Assembly (NCBI GenBank): GCA_963714975.1
Contig: CAVQQD010000002.1
Span: 1,176,462 to 1,240,461, forward strand
DNA length: 64,000 nt
Direction: 5' to 3'
Origin: an uncultured Gammaproteobacteria bacterium
GTDB lineage: Bacteria; Pseudomonadota; Gammaproteobacteria; JAURND01
Position numbers and translations under genes: made by a program. Position 1 is the stretch's first letter; every line of letters begins with the position of its first letter. The notes beneath the pieces are model-generated. The model was given only the letters and a program-made list of their open reading frames with translations. It was not told where the DNA came from and did not search any database. This document shows positions 21,793 through 32,314 of this stretch, one piece after another.

Positions 21793-22841
21793 ATCCTAAA
21801 AATAACCTGCTCCCAAATAGACGGAAAGCGTATTTGGAAGACAGAAAAATAATTTTTTACACTCTATTTTTTAATATTTAGCCACAGCACAGGCGGGAGA
21901 GCCGATGACTGTGACGTGATTTAGGGCGGCATTGTCCGCTCTAAAAGCTTTACCATGAATAAATCACGTCAGTAAATATCCTGCGGTTAGGACAAATCCC
22001 CATATAAATAAATGTCCTTAGGGGTGCAACACTAACCTATGCACCGGGCCTATTCAGCGATTCAGTAAACTTAAAAATATCAGCTGCTCCATACCACCAA
22101 GCGGCCTCCAGAACTTCCATACAAAACACCGCAGCCAATGTCGTACTCAATCTCCACTCAGCACATAGCGACTAACCAGTCAATGACAGCAGCCACCAGG
22201 TAAACAAACCCTTTGTGTAGGCGGATATGTGACATCCCTGCACCATACCTGGTTGCAGCGAACAATCAGTACATTCCTCAATAAATAAGCATCTACAGGA
22301 TACTCAAGGGTATCTCTTTTGATCACCTAATCTTTATATATGGTATCACTAACCAATAGAATTATTACATAAAATAATTGTTTTTTATTGCAAGCTTAGT
22401 TAACCAGAACTACTCCATACTTTCAGAAGAATTGATTGATTAACAAGCACGGAGTTGTCTAGTAACTAGCTGATTTTAAAAATTTTTATTAGACGGATAT
22501 TTCACTGCAAAGGCCTGACAAAACTCATTAGAGCAGCGTTGAATCACGCAAAATTCAAGCAAGAATAATACTGTCCTTACTTGATGAGTCTAGATTCAAA
22601 ATAGTAACCCAAACTTCAAGCTTCTACAGGAGAGGTAGTAAAGCGGGCGTAAGCGTTCACGCTAAACCCCTGTAACCATACTCGCAATCAGGCTCGAGGC
22701 ACTAATGCTCTACCGGCTTTTACATCACAAACATACCGGCTTATATTTTACCTATCTCCAGCGTCTTTTCTAATATTCCCTCACGCTTTTTGTGAGGTGG
22801 GTTGCTCGCAATGACGTCAGACGGAGAAGAGAACTTTGAGC

Positions 22842-23357
22842 TTAAGTTCTTCTTTGTATATGTCTTGGTCCTACTTGGACTTGATTATCAGTTATTGGTT
22901 TATCTTCAACAGTTGTTTTTCCTGCTTTATAAAAACCATACGCTGCACCCAGCAGTGCTCCAACTAAAATGCAGCCGGCCAGAGTAAGGAGAATCTCTGG
23001 GAAATGATCTGGCCCGACATTTTTAGATAAGAACAGAATAGGGATACTTGCAAACATTCCCGCAAATCCCCCAAAAAGAGTAGAACCATTAAAATTATTT
23101 ACTGCTTGTTTACATTTTTCTTTGGAAAGATCATTTTCTAACTGGTCATTCAATAATTTTCCTGCCGCAGCGGCGGCTAATAGACCTATTAAGACAGCTC
23201 CAAAAGATATAGTTCCTACAAAAACCATCTTATCAAAGTAAGCTAATTGACGTGCAGCTATGATAGCCAAAGCAGATGTTCCAAATATTGCTAGGCCAAC
23301 CATATATCCCTTCTCTACATGAGAGAAAAAAATATCAAATTTATCCTGGCTGCTCAT
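22842..23357 (-). CDS. Hypothetical 4-TM protein
   Basis: 171-aa ORF, AGGAG RBS, four hydrophobic segments. Confidence 0.7.
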   Translation of the reverse strand: MSSQDKFDIFFSHVEKGYMVGLAIFGTSALAIIAARQLAYFDKMVFVGTISFGAVLIGLLAAAAAGKLLNDQLENDLSKEKCKQAVNNFNGSTLFGGFAGMFASIPILFLSKNVGPDHFPEILLTLAGCILVGALLGAAYGFYKAGKTTVEDKPITDNQVQVGPRHIQRRT

Positions 23358-23407
23358 TGTAATTACTCCTCTAAGTTTAAAGAATTATCTTTTATCCATT
23401 GTGCCGT

Positions 23408-23525
23408 AAAACCTCGTCATTTATGACGAGATACACTATAATGAACCCATGAAAAAAATACAAACATTTCGGTTTCGAATGGAACCGAATGGTGAACAAA
23501 AACGCCTGATGCAACGTATCCCACC
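23408..23525 (+). pseudogene. IS200/IS605 left end plus TnpB N-terminal fragment
   Basis: Hairpin CTCGTC-ATTTAT-GACGAG, then MKKIQTFRFRMEPNGEQKRLMQR from 23449. Confidence 0.65.
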
Positions 23526-23874
23526 AACAATCCCACCTAGCGACACATATGCGAATAAGTAATTGACATATTTTCATTAAAAATATAGTATTGTCACTAT
23601 GTTTTATTAATTTTCATAACATTAAAGCATAAGAAAAACCATATACTGATGATAAGCATAGTCAGCTGTAACTGCTAGGCATCCTCTTGACTTTATACTA
23701 TGAGTGGACATTCAAATATCTGTAAGATCAGCATTTACCACAGAAATAGATTGTGATTCATCAGATACTATTCTCAGCATGGTTAACCTTGTACCTTTCC
23801 GAAGCAAGGTGACATACAGTGATCTAATAGAGTAATTTTTAGGCATCAGGTTTATATTTTTAGCGAGGTGTTTT

Positions 23875-24594
23875 ATGGAAGAAGAAAAAACCCCCTTACC
23901 CCAGAGATTTTTTGGTGAGCATACTCGCCTCGAAAATCATAATAATAGTCCTTCAGATGGCACTGGTTTTCAATCAAGCTCTAAGTGTAAATCAAAAATA
24001 GGTTTATTCGTCAGTTTTTTAGCATTATCCGCAAGTTTGGAGATATTGTTAACATCTTCTCTTGGTAAAAACGCATTTCCTGGTGGCGATAGTGTAGTTG
24101 TAGTTAATGAGTTCTTGACTAATACTTTAAATAGCAGTTATAAGCATTTTACCAATGGAACCGTTATCGGGATGATAGGATTCCTGCTATCGTTGGTAGT
24201 TCTGGCATATTTTTTGAGGAGAATATATCCAAAAAATACGGAAAAAGTGGACCCTATACAAGCCTGCCGTCCTAAAAATGCTTTTAGTCTATCAAGGCCA
24301 GCTTTAAAAACTGTACAAGAACTTTATCGTTGCGAAGGTATTAATCCCGATTATTGGACATATGCAGGCGTTCCAGAGGATAGTGGTGGTAGATTATATT
24401 TAGGCATACCATTTGAGCAATATAAAAATATTTCATGGGAAGAAGCATTAGAAAAAGAACTTCAAATTCACGCTCCTCAATATAAGGGCTTTCACGATTA
24501 TATGATCGTTCCAGTAAAATACTGCAAAAACTTATCGCTATTTAATGCAAATAATTCCAATGGAGCAGATCATGATAATGAGCGAAGAATCTAA
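23875..24594 (+). CDS. 2-TM protein, module 1
   Basis: Paralog of 25564 and 31425 (CKSKIGLF...LSASLEILL). Confidence 0.8.
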   Translation: MEEEKTPLPQRFFGEHTRLENHNNSPSDGTGFQSSSKCKSKIGLFVSFLALSASLEILLTSSLGKNAFPGGDSVVVVNEFLTNTLNSSYKHFTNGTVIGMIGFLLSLVVLAYFLRRIYPKNTEKVDPIQACRPKNAFSLSRPALKTVQELYRCEGINPDYWTYAGVPEDSGGRLYLGIPFEQYKNISWEEALEKELQIHAPQYKGFHDYMIVPVKYCKNLSLFNANNSNGADHDNERRI

Positions 24595-25240
24595 AGATAC
24601 TCTTCCCACTCTGGTTGCGCGATCTACAGATAGTTTTATATTAAAACCAGATCTGGATCGGCCTGGTAAGACACTTACAACTACGGATGGATCTTCTCCC
24701 AGCAATCAATATTTCGAGGAATCAACTGGACAGTTGTGGGTTGGTAAGTGCAGTAAACAATCTATCTCAAAACCTTATGAGAGAGAACGCGTAATTGATA
24801 AATACTATTACGAATATAGAGAATGGCTAGGCTCAGCTTTATATCATGTTTTAGGGATAGAAACTCCTTTCCTTGTATTAAGTTTACAAATGCCAAAAAA
24901 GGAAGATGACTTAGTTGCAGATATTTTGGAATTCAACCAGCCCTGCATGCATGTTATGTCACAGTTTTTCCCTGGATTTAGCCCATATGGAGAAACTTTC
25001 GTAACAAAATATTTGAAAACTGTAGGACAACAAAAAGAAATTATGATTATGATTGTTTTGGCAGAAGTGGAGGTAATATGGGTTATGTGATTGTAAGTGA
25101 TGAGTTTGGGAAAAGGTATGCAAAATCTGTCAAAATTGATCCAGCTTTTGCTTTTACTTTTTTAGACAATCATCAAGATAAGGATTACCAACATGATCCA
25201 CTTGATTCTTTTAAAGATTTTTTTAATAATGCCATGATAA
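24578..25240 (+). pseudogene. Truncated LepB-N/PI4K-like kinase, module 1
   Basis: LWVGKC, YREWLG, MHVMS; after a deletion/frameshift GNMGYV and VKIDPA. Confidence 0.7.
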
Positions 25241-25563
25241 CTTAAATTGGATCATTAATGATCGTAGGAGCTTTAACTTGGATTTGTGTTGCTAAAAATA
25301 CCCCACATATTCCTGAGGCAATGCTGCAAAATGCTCCTGCCTAAACAATAGGTTGTAGAACATTGTTATAAATTAATATATTGTATTTGGATAGAAGGGA
25401 GCTTTGTATAGCTTAAGATTAATTGCAAAAATTTTCCTACTGTTTTTTATAAAAAATTGAGAATTCGTTTTTTTCCTTGCCAAGCAATTGGTGAGGCTTC
25501 TAACTTCTTTAAAGCGAAGTTGACATACAGTGTCCTGAAGAGTAATTTTTAGCGAGGTGTTTT

Positions 25564-26280
25564 ATGGAAGAAGAAAAAACCCCCTTACGCCAGGGATTCT
25601 TTGGTGAACATACTCGCCTCGAAAATCATAATAATCCTTCAAAAGGTGCTAGCTTTCAATCAAGCTCTAAATGTAAATCAAAAATAGGTTTATTCCTCAG
25701 CTTTTTAGCATTATCCGCAAGTTTGGAGATATTGTTGACATCTTCCCTTGATAAAAACGCACTTCCTGGCGGCGATAGTGTAGTTGTAGTCAATGAGTTC
25801 TTGACTAATACTTTAAATAGCAATTATAAGCATTTTACCTATGGAACTGTGGTGGGAGTTGCGGGATTTGCACTGTCGTTGATAGCGCTGGTTTGTTTCC
25901 TAAAAATATTAAGCAAAAAATTAGATAAACAAGCCTATCGTCCTCACGGCATTCGTTTTTTTGAATCCGGTATAGATGTAGTCAAAGCACAAGGAGGCTT
26001 TAAAACACACGAGTACTTTGAACTGTGTGGTATAAATCCCAAAACACAGACATTGGCGATAATAGTGCAAACAAATTCCGATAAAATGTATGTGGGTATA
26101 CCCCATGATCAATATGAAAAAAATAATTGGTGTGGCTATATCTTACAAGAAGAAATCGACAAATTAATAAACAAGGGACTTTTACCTGAAAAATGTTACT
26201 ACGACCATTTTATTATTGTCCCTGTTGAAAAATGCTTCAATTTAAACAAAGATCCTTCATCCACTCCTATAGTTTCATAA
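25564..26280 (+). CDS. 2-TM protein, module 2
   Basis: N-half near-identical to 23875; C-half divergent. Confidence 0.8.
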   Translation: MEEEKTPLRQGFFGEHTRLENHNNPSKGASFQSSSKCKSKIGLFLSFLALSASLEILLTSSLDKNALPGGDSVVVVNEFLTNTLNSNYKHFTYGTVVGVAGFALSLIALVCFLKILSKKLDKQAYRPHGIRFFESGIDVVKAQGGFKTHEYFELCGINPKTQTLAIIVQTNSDKMYVGIPHDQYEKNNWCGYILQEEIDKLINKGLLPEKCYYDHFIIVPVEKCFNLNKDPSSTPIVS

Positions 26281-26354
26281 TGTTTTTTAAGGTGGAGCAA
26301 TCAATGAGTCAACAACAAGTTATACCCCCTGTCCTTCCTTGTATCTTAATTCCA

Positions 26355-26560
26355 ATCACTCAATGTGGTTAAATATCCAAGGGCACTTGGATAGGGGTAA
26401 ATATGCCGGTGACTTCCTAAGGCATTAAGCCTGTAGAGGAGATTTTAGCAATTTACTCCGTACTTTATTCATACAGACCGGACGGTATCTTAGGACTTGA
26501 GGTAAATATCAATGATCCTGTATTCACAAGGTTGGTCCGAATAAAGCTATCCAAGCTATT
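26355..26560 (+). ncRNA. Bridge RNA in IS110 left end (limits approximate)
   Basis: Guides CTTCCT 26413-26418, GTAGAGGAG 26433-26441, GACGGTATCT 26481-26490 and ACAAG 26526-26530 match target and donor. Confidence 0.85.
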
Positions 26561-26581
26561 CGCAACATGTAGGATACTACT

Positions 26582-27547
26582 ATGAAGAAAGCATTTCTAG
26601 GCATTGATATCAGTAAAAATACATTTGATGTAGCTGTGCTAATGGAAGATAAGATAAAAACTCAAAAATTTAACAATAACGAGCAAGGCTTTAATAAATT
26701 ACTTGTATGGATAAACCAGAAGGAAATCGTGTTGTCTCAAGCTTGTATGGAAGCAACCAGTATTTACGGGCAGGCATTAGCCGAATTTCTTTATGCTCAA
26801 GAAATCCCTATAAGCGTTGTTAATCCTGCGAGAATTAAAGGATTTTCTCAAAGTGAATTAGCCCGCTCTAAAAATGATATTCTTGATGCAAAATTAATTG
26901 CAAGATTTTGTAAGTTGATAGGCCCAGAATTATGGCAACCAACTCCTGAACCGATTAAAATATTACAGCAATGGGTTAGGAGATTGGATGATTTAATCGC
27001 TATGCACAGGCAAGAAGCAAACCGATTAGAAGTCTCTGATGATTGTTTAAAGGAGCACATACAAGAGAACATTAGCCACTTAGAAAACAATATTAAGGAA
27101 GTTAAAAATGTCATTAAAAATCACATAAATAGCGATCCTGACATGAAGAAAAAAAGCAAGCTATTGCAATCTATTCCTGGTATTGGAGAAGCAACTACAG
27201 CGCAGATATTGGCTTTTATTGGGAATGTGAGTAAATTCAATAATGCGAAAGAATTGGCGGCATTCGTTGGTCTTAATCCCAAGCAACGACAATCAGGAAC
27301 CTCTATCAATGGTAGAGCTAGACTCTCTAAAACAGGTGATTCGGCTCTAAGAAAAGCATTTTATATGCCCGCTGTTGTCGCCATGAGACATAACCCAATA
27401 CTCAGAAATTTTTCTATGCGACTAGAAAAAACCGGCAAACACAAAATGGTTATTATTGGCGCAGTAATGAGAAAGCTTGTTCATATGATTTACGGGATAC
27501 TAAAATCTGAAACCGTGTTTGATCAAAATATATTAAAATTAGCTTGA
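26582..27547 (+). CDS. IS110 DEDD recombinase
   Basis: GIDISK, MEATS, KNDILDA, SIPGIG, QSGTS. Confidence 0.95.
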   Translation: MKKAFLGIDISKNTFDVAVLMEDKIKTQKFNNNEQGFNKLLVWINQKEIVLSQACMEATSIYGQALAEFLYAQEIPISVVNPARIKGFSQSELARSKNDILDAKLIARFCKLIGPELWQPTPEPIKILQQWVRRLDDLIAMHRQEANRLEVSDDCLKEHIQENISHLENNIKEVKNVIKNHINSDPDMKKKSKLLQSIPGIGEATTAQILAFIGNVSKFNNAKELAAFVGLNPKQRQSGTSINGRARLSKTGDSALRKAFYMPAVVAMRHNPILRNFSMRLEKTGKHKMVIIGAVMRKLVHMIYGILKSETVFDQNILKLA

Positions 27548-30500
27548 CAGATGAGACGGTATCTCCTCTACGCCCAACAAAGGATTTTAAGCTTCTACCT
27601 GAGCGAAAACGGCCCAACTCTAGTTCGTCTTCAATTCAATTTTTTGAAGAGTTAACCACAGGCTTATTATGGATTGGAAAGTGTAGCGAAAGTGCTATAA
27701 ATCCAAATATTGGCTCGTCTTTTGCACGTTACTATGAAGAATATAGAGAATGGTTAGGTCTTACGTTTTATCAATTATTAAATATTCCAACATCATTACA
27801 TATTGCCTTAAGCGACCAACCGTTAAATGAGCAAAATGTTAATTGCCTTCACCTAATGTCAGAATATATCCTCAACTTTCAAGAATTAGGGGAAGATTTT
27901 ATAGAAGATTATTGTATCGCAGCCAAGAGCCAGCCATCGTACCATGTTTCTTTGTCAGATAATGTTGCTGCTTTGCGTGGATTTGGTGCTGCAATGGCAG
28001 CTGCTTGTTTCTTATATGATTTAGATTGTATTGGAAGACGAGGATGTAACATAGGGTATGTCCCCGTGAAGGAAGAAGATGGGCAGTACTATGCCAAACT
28101 GGTGAAGATCGATGCAGGGTATGCATTTAGCTTTTTGGAAAGTCATAAAAATAAGATTTATGATCACAATCCTCAAACCCGTGATTTTTTTTATTCAAAT
28201 CATCGTGCTCATATAACTTGTGATTTTATTATACTGCCATCTGTTTCTATAAATGAAGTTGAGGTTTGGAAATTACCCGGTAAATCGATAACAGCCTATG
28301 TTAGCACAGGAAGCAAACTTTTTTTCTTTGACAAAATTAATGAATTATGTACTGAAATTCCCATTTCCGACGATCAACTAAAAGATTTAATGCTAAATTT
28401 AGTTAAAATAGAGCCACATAAAGTTCCTTTAGAAATAAAAGAAAGTTCTGGTACCCTGATTAAAGAATTATCCCTTTATCAAGCAAAATTTATTACCTCG
28501 GTCACTGGTCATTTTATAAAAAAACAATATAATATACTCCGATACGATGAATTAACTGAATCCGATAAAGAAGAATTTGCACAAACAGCGCGTCACATCT
28601 TACAAATTCCTGCATCCACTTTTAAAGCATTAATTGACCAAGCGGTCGTGCCTGATGGCTTTACGCGTGCGCAAGGGGATCGACTCTATAATGATTTGTT
28701 AATTCGCAGGTCAAAATTTATTGCGGCTTATCCTGAAATCGGCGTAACGTTACAGCAGGAAATATACGAAGCACGCCAAACACTTAAAATGCTTTTATCC
28801 ACGTTAGTTTCGCCTTCTTCTCCCTCCAAATCACCAATACAAAATTCGGAACCTTTAATGATGACAAACAACGAAAAGTGGAAACCTCAGATTCATCAAT
28901 TCGTGTTGTAGAGAATTTCAGCAGTGACTTATCATTTTTAACTTTAACTTCATCCAGCATTGCTTCTTTTTCGCCTAATATGAGCAGTCCATTCATCCGC
29001 TTGTCAAATCCTAGCTTAAGTCCAAACAGTACTCGGTTTCCCCTGAATGATCCATTGACCAATACCACCTCTGGGCTATTATCTCTGGTGGATTCTCCTA
29101 CCGTGTTTAGAATTATGGCAGATCAAAAATTGAGTCAGCACGCAATTGATGGCAATAATAATTGCTTATTTAATGCCTTTGCTTTGGGATTAATGGGTTT
29201 AATCGCGCAGGGGTCACTTTCTAGCAAGGAAATATTTACGAAGCTTGCCACCGAAAAAATCAAAGAGGAAAAAGCCAAGCTGAGTAAAGAACAATGGGGT
29301 GAGTGCTTGGGAAAAATGCAGGATTATTTGCAAACCAAAAACCCTCAAGCTTCTTTAGCAGTGCAACATAGCCTGGCGCCTTGGCTCAGACAAATAGCTG
29401 TGGCCAAATTAGCGGATGAGGATTTGGGGATTCGTGACTCCTTTACGGATGAATTATGTGCCCATATTTTAGATGGTACGCCCTCTGACTTGTTGCGGGA
29501 TAAGTCCGATTTTGTACAAAGTTTTGAGTCTATTAAACAGGCATTACTGCTAAAAAAACCTCAGGAGGCGAAGTCACTCACTGCCATAAAAAAGTTTGAA
29601 ACCGAAGTTCGAGAAAGAATCCGTACCTGGTTTGACGAGGGTATTGGTTTTAAGTTATATCGAGATCATATGGCCAAGGAAGAGGTCTGGAGTGGGGGTC
29701 CTGAGGCGAGGGTCTTAGCTGAGTTCTTGGGGATAACCCTGATTCTCGCCCATGGCCACAATCCGATGCGATTGGATATCGGTCATGAATGTGATTTTGG
29801 ACAAATTTCTACCGATAATTTTACCGAGGCAGAATACCGTCAACTGAGAAGTAAAGAACTCATTCTCGGAAAAGCCTGGGATCCCTCCCACCCCGTGTTG
29901 AAGTTAGCTTATGTAAGTGAAAGTTATTTAAATCAAAAGCTAGCAGAATTGCCTGCAGAGTTAAGTAAAAAATTTTCCGATGCCAGAAAAATGCATTATC
30001 GGCCCCCAGCTCAGTCAATGCTCATCCATAATCCTTACAGTATTCATTGGATTACCAGGAGTACCTGGGAAGGAAGTTTTAATGTTTTAGACAACTTTAA
30101 TACACCGGATTCCAAAACTACTCTCAGCCGCTTTTCTTCAATCGAAACTACTCAAGGCACACCACTCGCCAATTATTCAGGGAGCGAATCTACCTCACCT
30201 GCACTCGATGAACGTAAACTAAACACCCCTATGGATCCTGCTTCTCCTGGCTTTGTTGAGATGGAGGAGGATGAGCCTACCAAAATCGAATGTAACCAAA
30301 ATCTTATGGATGGATTCCAGTCGACTACCGACCCTTTAGAAACCAGCCCTTTTACTAGCAATCTCCCAAGCCATGAAAATCTGAGTTTTACTGCTTCCTC
30401 TTCTCGTTCTTCCATCGAAAGTCTAGTACCACAAGTTTTACTACTACGCTTTGGGATCTAAAAGAATCCGCTCGCTCCTCGGGTAGTCAAACCCTGAGCC

Positions 30501-31059
30501 CACTTCACCCAGACCAGAAAAAGCCAGCATTCCTGATAGTCAGGCGTTGCTGGAAACTTATGATACCCAAGCCAAAATGGTGCATGAATCCAGCTTACAA
30601 TTACGCTTTGCGCAATCCAAATATGCTCTATTCGATGACAAGTCTTATCCCGGTTGTAAAACCTTCAAATGCCTTGTGAAGGACAATAGAGCAGCGCTGA
30701 ATCGTGCAAAAATCGCGCTTCCACTAAGATTTTCATGCCGCCTCAGGATATCTCATTACCCACCCTTTCAATATTTTGCCCATTAAATTGACATATTTAC
30801 TGGATAGTGTAATATTATCGCCAAATTTTTGTTTATTTTAGGCAAAAGGATCGTTTATAGGGAGTCCCATGAGGTCTGAAATGATTTTTTAACAATGCAA
30901 TGACAACATAGGATGAAGAGGAACAATAGTATGCCAAAAAAAATTTTAGCCCTTAGTTTGGATTATGATGATTGTTTGATTAGTACCTAAGACTCTGCAA
31001 GCTAGATCAGAATCGGAGAAGATGGCTTCGACCTCATTTTCGAAAAGGTAAGCCTTCAA

Positions 31060-31424
31060 TTGATTCTTGCAAAGAATTTTTTAATAATGCCCTGATGATT
31101 TATATCGGAGCATCAATAATCGTGGGAGCTTTAGCTTGGATTTGTGTTGCCAAAAATACACCACATATTCCTGAGGCAAAACAGCAAAATGCGTCATAGC
31201 CTAAACAAATAGGCTGTAGAACATTGTTATAAATTAATATATTTTATTTGGACAGAAGAGAGCTTTGTGTAGCGTAAGCTTAATTGCAAAAACTGTCCTA
31301 ATGTTTTTTGTACAAAATTAAGAATTCGTCTCTTTCCTTGCCAAGCAGTTGGTGAGCCCTCTAACTTCTTTAAAGAGATGTTGACATACAGTGGCCTGAA
31401 GAGTAATTTTTAGCGAGGTATTTT
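31060..31424 (+). repeat. Duplicated upstream region of effector modules
   Basis: Closely similar to ~25200-25563; TGACATACAGTG...AGAGTAATTTTTAG...CGAGGT also precedes 23875. Confidence 0.8.
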
Positions 31425-32150
31425 GTGGCACAAGGTTCATTTTTTGAAAATAAAAAGAGATATGATCCTCCTCAGGGTCAGGATTCGGAGAATACTGCTT
31501 CTAGAAACCCTAGGTGTAAATATGGAATTGGTTTAATTGTTAGTTTTCTTGTGCTCTCAGCAAGCGTTGAAGTGCTATTAGTATCATCCTTGAACAAAAC
31601 AGTCATTCCTTATGGGGGTGATGCAATTAATGATTTCTTAACAACTCCTTTAAGTAAAAATTATGAACATTTTGCTAATGGGAGTGCTCTAGGAATGGGG
31701 GGAGCCGTTTTATCATTGATGGCTTTAATTTATTTCATACATAAGTTATACAATTCAAAAAGAATATCACACCCACAAAGTAATATCTCTACTTTTATAG
31801 ATAGTGGTCTATTTGAATTTAATGGAAATCCTCTTTATCGAGCTCAAAATTTTTATGAAGCAAATAATATTGTACCCCAATCACATACGTTAGCAGCATT
31901 TATTCTACATGAAAAAAAACCTATTTATGTAGGCATACCCCAAATAAAATATCAAGAAAATGTAATTTGCTCTGATTTTTTTGATCAAGAAATAGAAAGG
32001 CTTAAAAAAGAAGGAAAATTACCTAAAGAATGCGAATTTGATCGCTTTGTCAAGGTACCAATAGGGAAATGTATGAATTTAACAGAAACGGCAGAAATTA
32101 TCTCAGTTGCTGCGAACCATGAAAAGTCTAAAGAAGTTCTATACACTTGA
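31425..32150 (+). CDS. 2-TM protein, module 3
   Basis: CKYGIGLI...LSASVEVLL; C-terminal YVGIP and VPIGKC as in paralogs. Confidence 0.8.
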   Translation: MAQGSFFENKKRYDPPQGQDSENTASRNPRCKYGIGLIVSFLVLSASVEVLLVSSLNKTVIPYGGDAINDFLTTPLSKNYEHFANGSALGMGGAVLSLMALIYFIHKLYNSKRISHPQSNISTFIDSGLFEFNGNPLYRAQNFYEANNIVPQSHTLAAFILHEKKPIYVGIPQIKYQENVICSDFFDQEIERLKKEGKLPKECEFDRFVKVPIGKCMNLTETAEIISVAANHEKSKEVLYT

Positions 32151-32314
32151 TGGATGCAGTTTTTTCTCTGAACGAATAAGCATGAAAAATTTGCAAGCAC
32201 TGTAGAGTCAGTTGGGAAATCCATTCTGTAATAAGTCAGCGACAAGTTTGTATTAGTAGTATTATTTATAATTAAAATGATAGAATTCATTTTTAATTCA
32301 AATGGACTACTGTT

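Larger units (their letters stand above)
26340..27564 (+). mobile_element. IS110-family (IS621-like) element
   Basis: CT cores at 26338-26339 and 27563-27564; circle junction GACGGTAT-CT-TGTAT; junction promoter TTGACA-17-TATCTT. Confidence 0.92.
26304..30690 (+). pseudogene. Kinase-OTU effector, module 2 (IS110-interrupted, frameshifted, truncated before NB-ARC)
   Basis: Removing the IS gives MSQQQVIPPVLPPLRPTKDFK; ~28540-30674 closely matches ~33322-35461. Confidence 0.85.

Noticed and set aside
22628-22820. Further hairpin-rich tract as ncRNA
   Set aside because: Stems are short and imperfect and it ends in a REP-like fragment; too weak to call.
27544-28911. Gene starting at 27544
   Set aside because: The start lies inside the IS110 right end; the original ATG is at 26304.
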